Shown here one piece after another: positions 42,264 to 43,027 of a stretch of DNA of 43,027 bases (position 1 is its first letter; each line of letters begins with the position of its first letter). The stretch is from a virus. The translations under genes and the position numbers were made by a program. Location of the stretch: positions 1-43,027 of IMG/VR virus record IMGVR_UViG_3300002461_000046; one strand, 5' to 3'. The notes under the pieces were generated by a model. That model was given only the letters and a program-made list of their open reading frames with translations. It ran no database searches and was not told where the DNA came from.

Positions 42264-42794
42264 ATGCCTATTCTTCCAGCTGTCTTAGCTCTTGCACAGT
42301 TTGCTCCTTCTATTCTGCGCTTCCTAGGCGTGGGTGAGAATGGGGCTCCTAAGGCTGTGCTTGATAAAATTGAGGAAGTAGCAACTTCTGTATCAGGGGC
42401 AACTACTCTTGATGAAGCTGTTACTATCTTTGCATCCAGTCAAGAGAAAGCTTACGAGTTCAAGATTCGTATGCTCGCAAATGATACTGAGATGGAGAAG
42501 CTCTATCTTGCTGATGTGCAGTCTGCTCGTGTGCGTGATACTGCGTTCATTACGAATGGCAAGTATAACCACCGAGCTAACATTATGTTCATTCTGGCAT
42601 TTGCCATTGTGGCGTGGCTCTTCTACATTGTGTGGTCAGATCCTAATATCAACGAGTTTGCCAAAGGCGTAGTGACTCTTATCCTTGGTCGATTTCTTGG
42701 CTACTTGGATGCAATCTACAACTTTGAGTTTGGCTCTACGCGTAGCAGCAAAGAGAAGGATGCTACCATTAACCATCTCTCGGAGAATAAATAA
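42264..42794 (+). CDS. Holin candidate, 3-TM type (GTA_holin_3TM-like), 176 aa
   Basis: Three hydrophobic segments (PILPAVLALAQFAPSILRFLGV, IMFILAFAIVAWLFYIVW, GVVTLILGRFLGYL). ADVQSARVRD motif. Adjacent to the endolysin. Confidence 0.65.
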   Translation: MPILPAVLALAQFAPSILRFLGVGENGAPKAVLDKIEEVATSVSGATTLDEAVTIFASSQEKAYEFKIRMLANDTEMEKLYLADVQSARVRDTAFITNGKYNHRANIMFILAFAIVAWLFYIVWSDPNINEFAKGVVTLILGRFLGYLDAIYNFEFGSTRSSKEKDATINHLSENK

Positions 42795-43027
42795 TGGCTA
42801 CATCTGCCGCAGACCAGCTATATCCTCTAAGCACAGACAATGGCGTAGCTATTCCACTTGATATTGTTAGACCTCTGGGATCTATCAAGTGGACGGTAGC
42901 TTCTGGGGGTGATCTAGCTATTACTATCCCAGGCACTTTCGCACTTGTCAGTGTGTTTTCTAATGTCAACTGCCTGTTAGATTTCTCAAACACAGTGAGT
43001 TATCCAGCAGCAGATGCTACTAAGTAC
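42794..43027 (+). CDS. 5' part of the junction-spanning ORF (continues at nt 95 in the circular molecule)
   Basis: ATG 42794 in a TAATG overlap with the holin stop. The frame stays open to the window end, and the last 31 codons equal those at nt 2-94. Confidence 0.75.
   Translation, partial: MATSAADQLYPLSTDNGVAIPLDIVRPLGSIKWTVASGGDLAITIPGTFALVSVFSNVNCLLDFSNTVSYPAADATKY
42934..43027. repeat. Terminal direct repeat, copy 2 (identical to 1-94)
   Basis: Read directly. Confidence 0.95.

Noticed and set aside
1-43027. Search for tRNA or rRNA genes, CRISPR arrays, transposases or IS elements, reverse transcriptase (DGR or retron), and introns or homing endonucleases in PolA and TerL.
   Set aside because: No cloverleaf-capable region outside coding sequence, no spaced direct repeats and no RT, transposase or HNH/GIY-YIG motifs were seen. 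The PolA, TerL, portal and helicase ORFs are uninterrupted.

Overview
The window is one complete, densely packed genome of a tailed dsDNA phage. The gene set looks podovirus-like. The first 94 nt are repeated exactly at the last 94 nt, and an ORF reads in frame across that junction. The unit genome is therefore about 42,933 bp and was probably assembled as a circle or is circularly permuted. There are two arms. A minus-strand early/middle arm runs from 30280 down to 11666. It begins with small ORFans and a 435-aa ORFan, followed by a P-loop kinase, an SF1B helicase and an HTH regulator. It continues with a Cas4-like nuclease, a MazG-like NTPase, a Sak4-like ATPase, a DUF669-like protein and a family A DNA polymerase. 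It ends with a VirE-like ATPase, a DUF2829 protein and a DHH phosphoesterase. A plus-strand arm runs from 31005 through the junction to 11610. It starts with three promoter/terminator-insulated small genes, then TerS, TerL, portal, scaffold and major capsid. Next come fibre-like proteins, a GH108 endolysin, a 3-TM holin, a 946-aa tail protein and four internal-virion candidates, one of them 1766 aa. The arms diverge at a 724-bp non-coding region (30281-31004) built as a long imperfect inverted repeat around an AT-rich core. They converge at a bidirectional terminator near 11.64 kb. I found no RNA polymerase, integrase, tRNA, CRISPR array or transposase. Near-consensus sigma70-type promoters suggest the phage depends on host RNA polymerase. 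The best leads are: (1) an adjacent DHH/DHHA1 phosphoesterase and DUF2829 (Tad2-family) pair, a possible anti-signalling counter-defence module; (2) a promoter/terminator-insulated gene whose codon usage differs from the rest of the genome; (3) the palindromic control region and a motif it shares with the late-operon leader; (4) an internal promoter with repeated operators, two small genes and an HTH gene. All functional calls rest on motif recognition by eye and gene order. No database search was possible.
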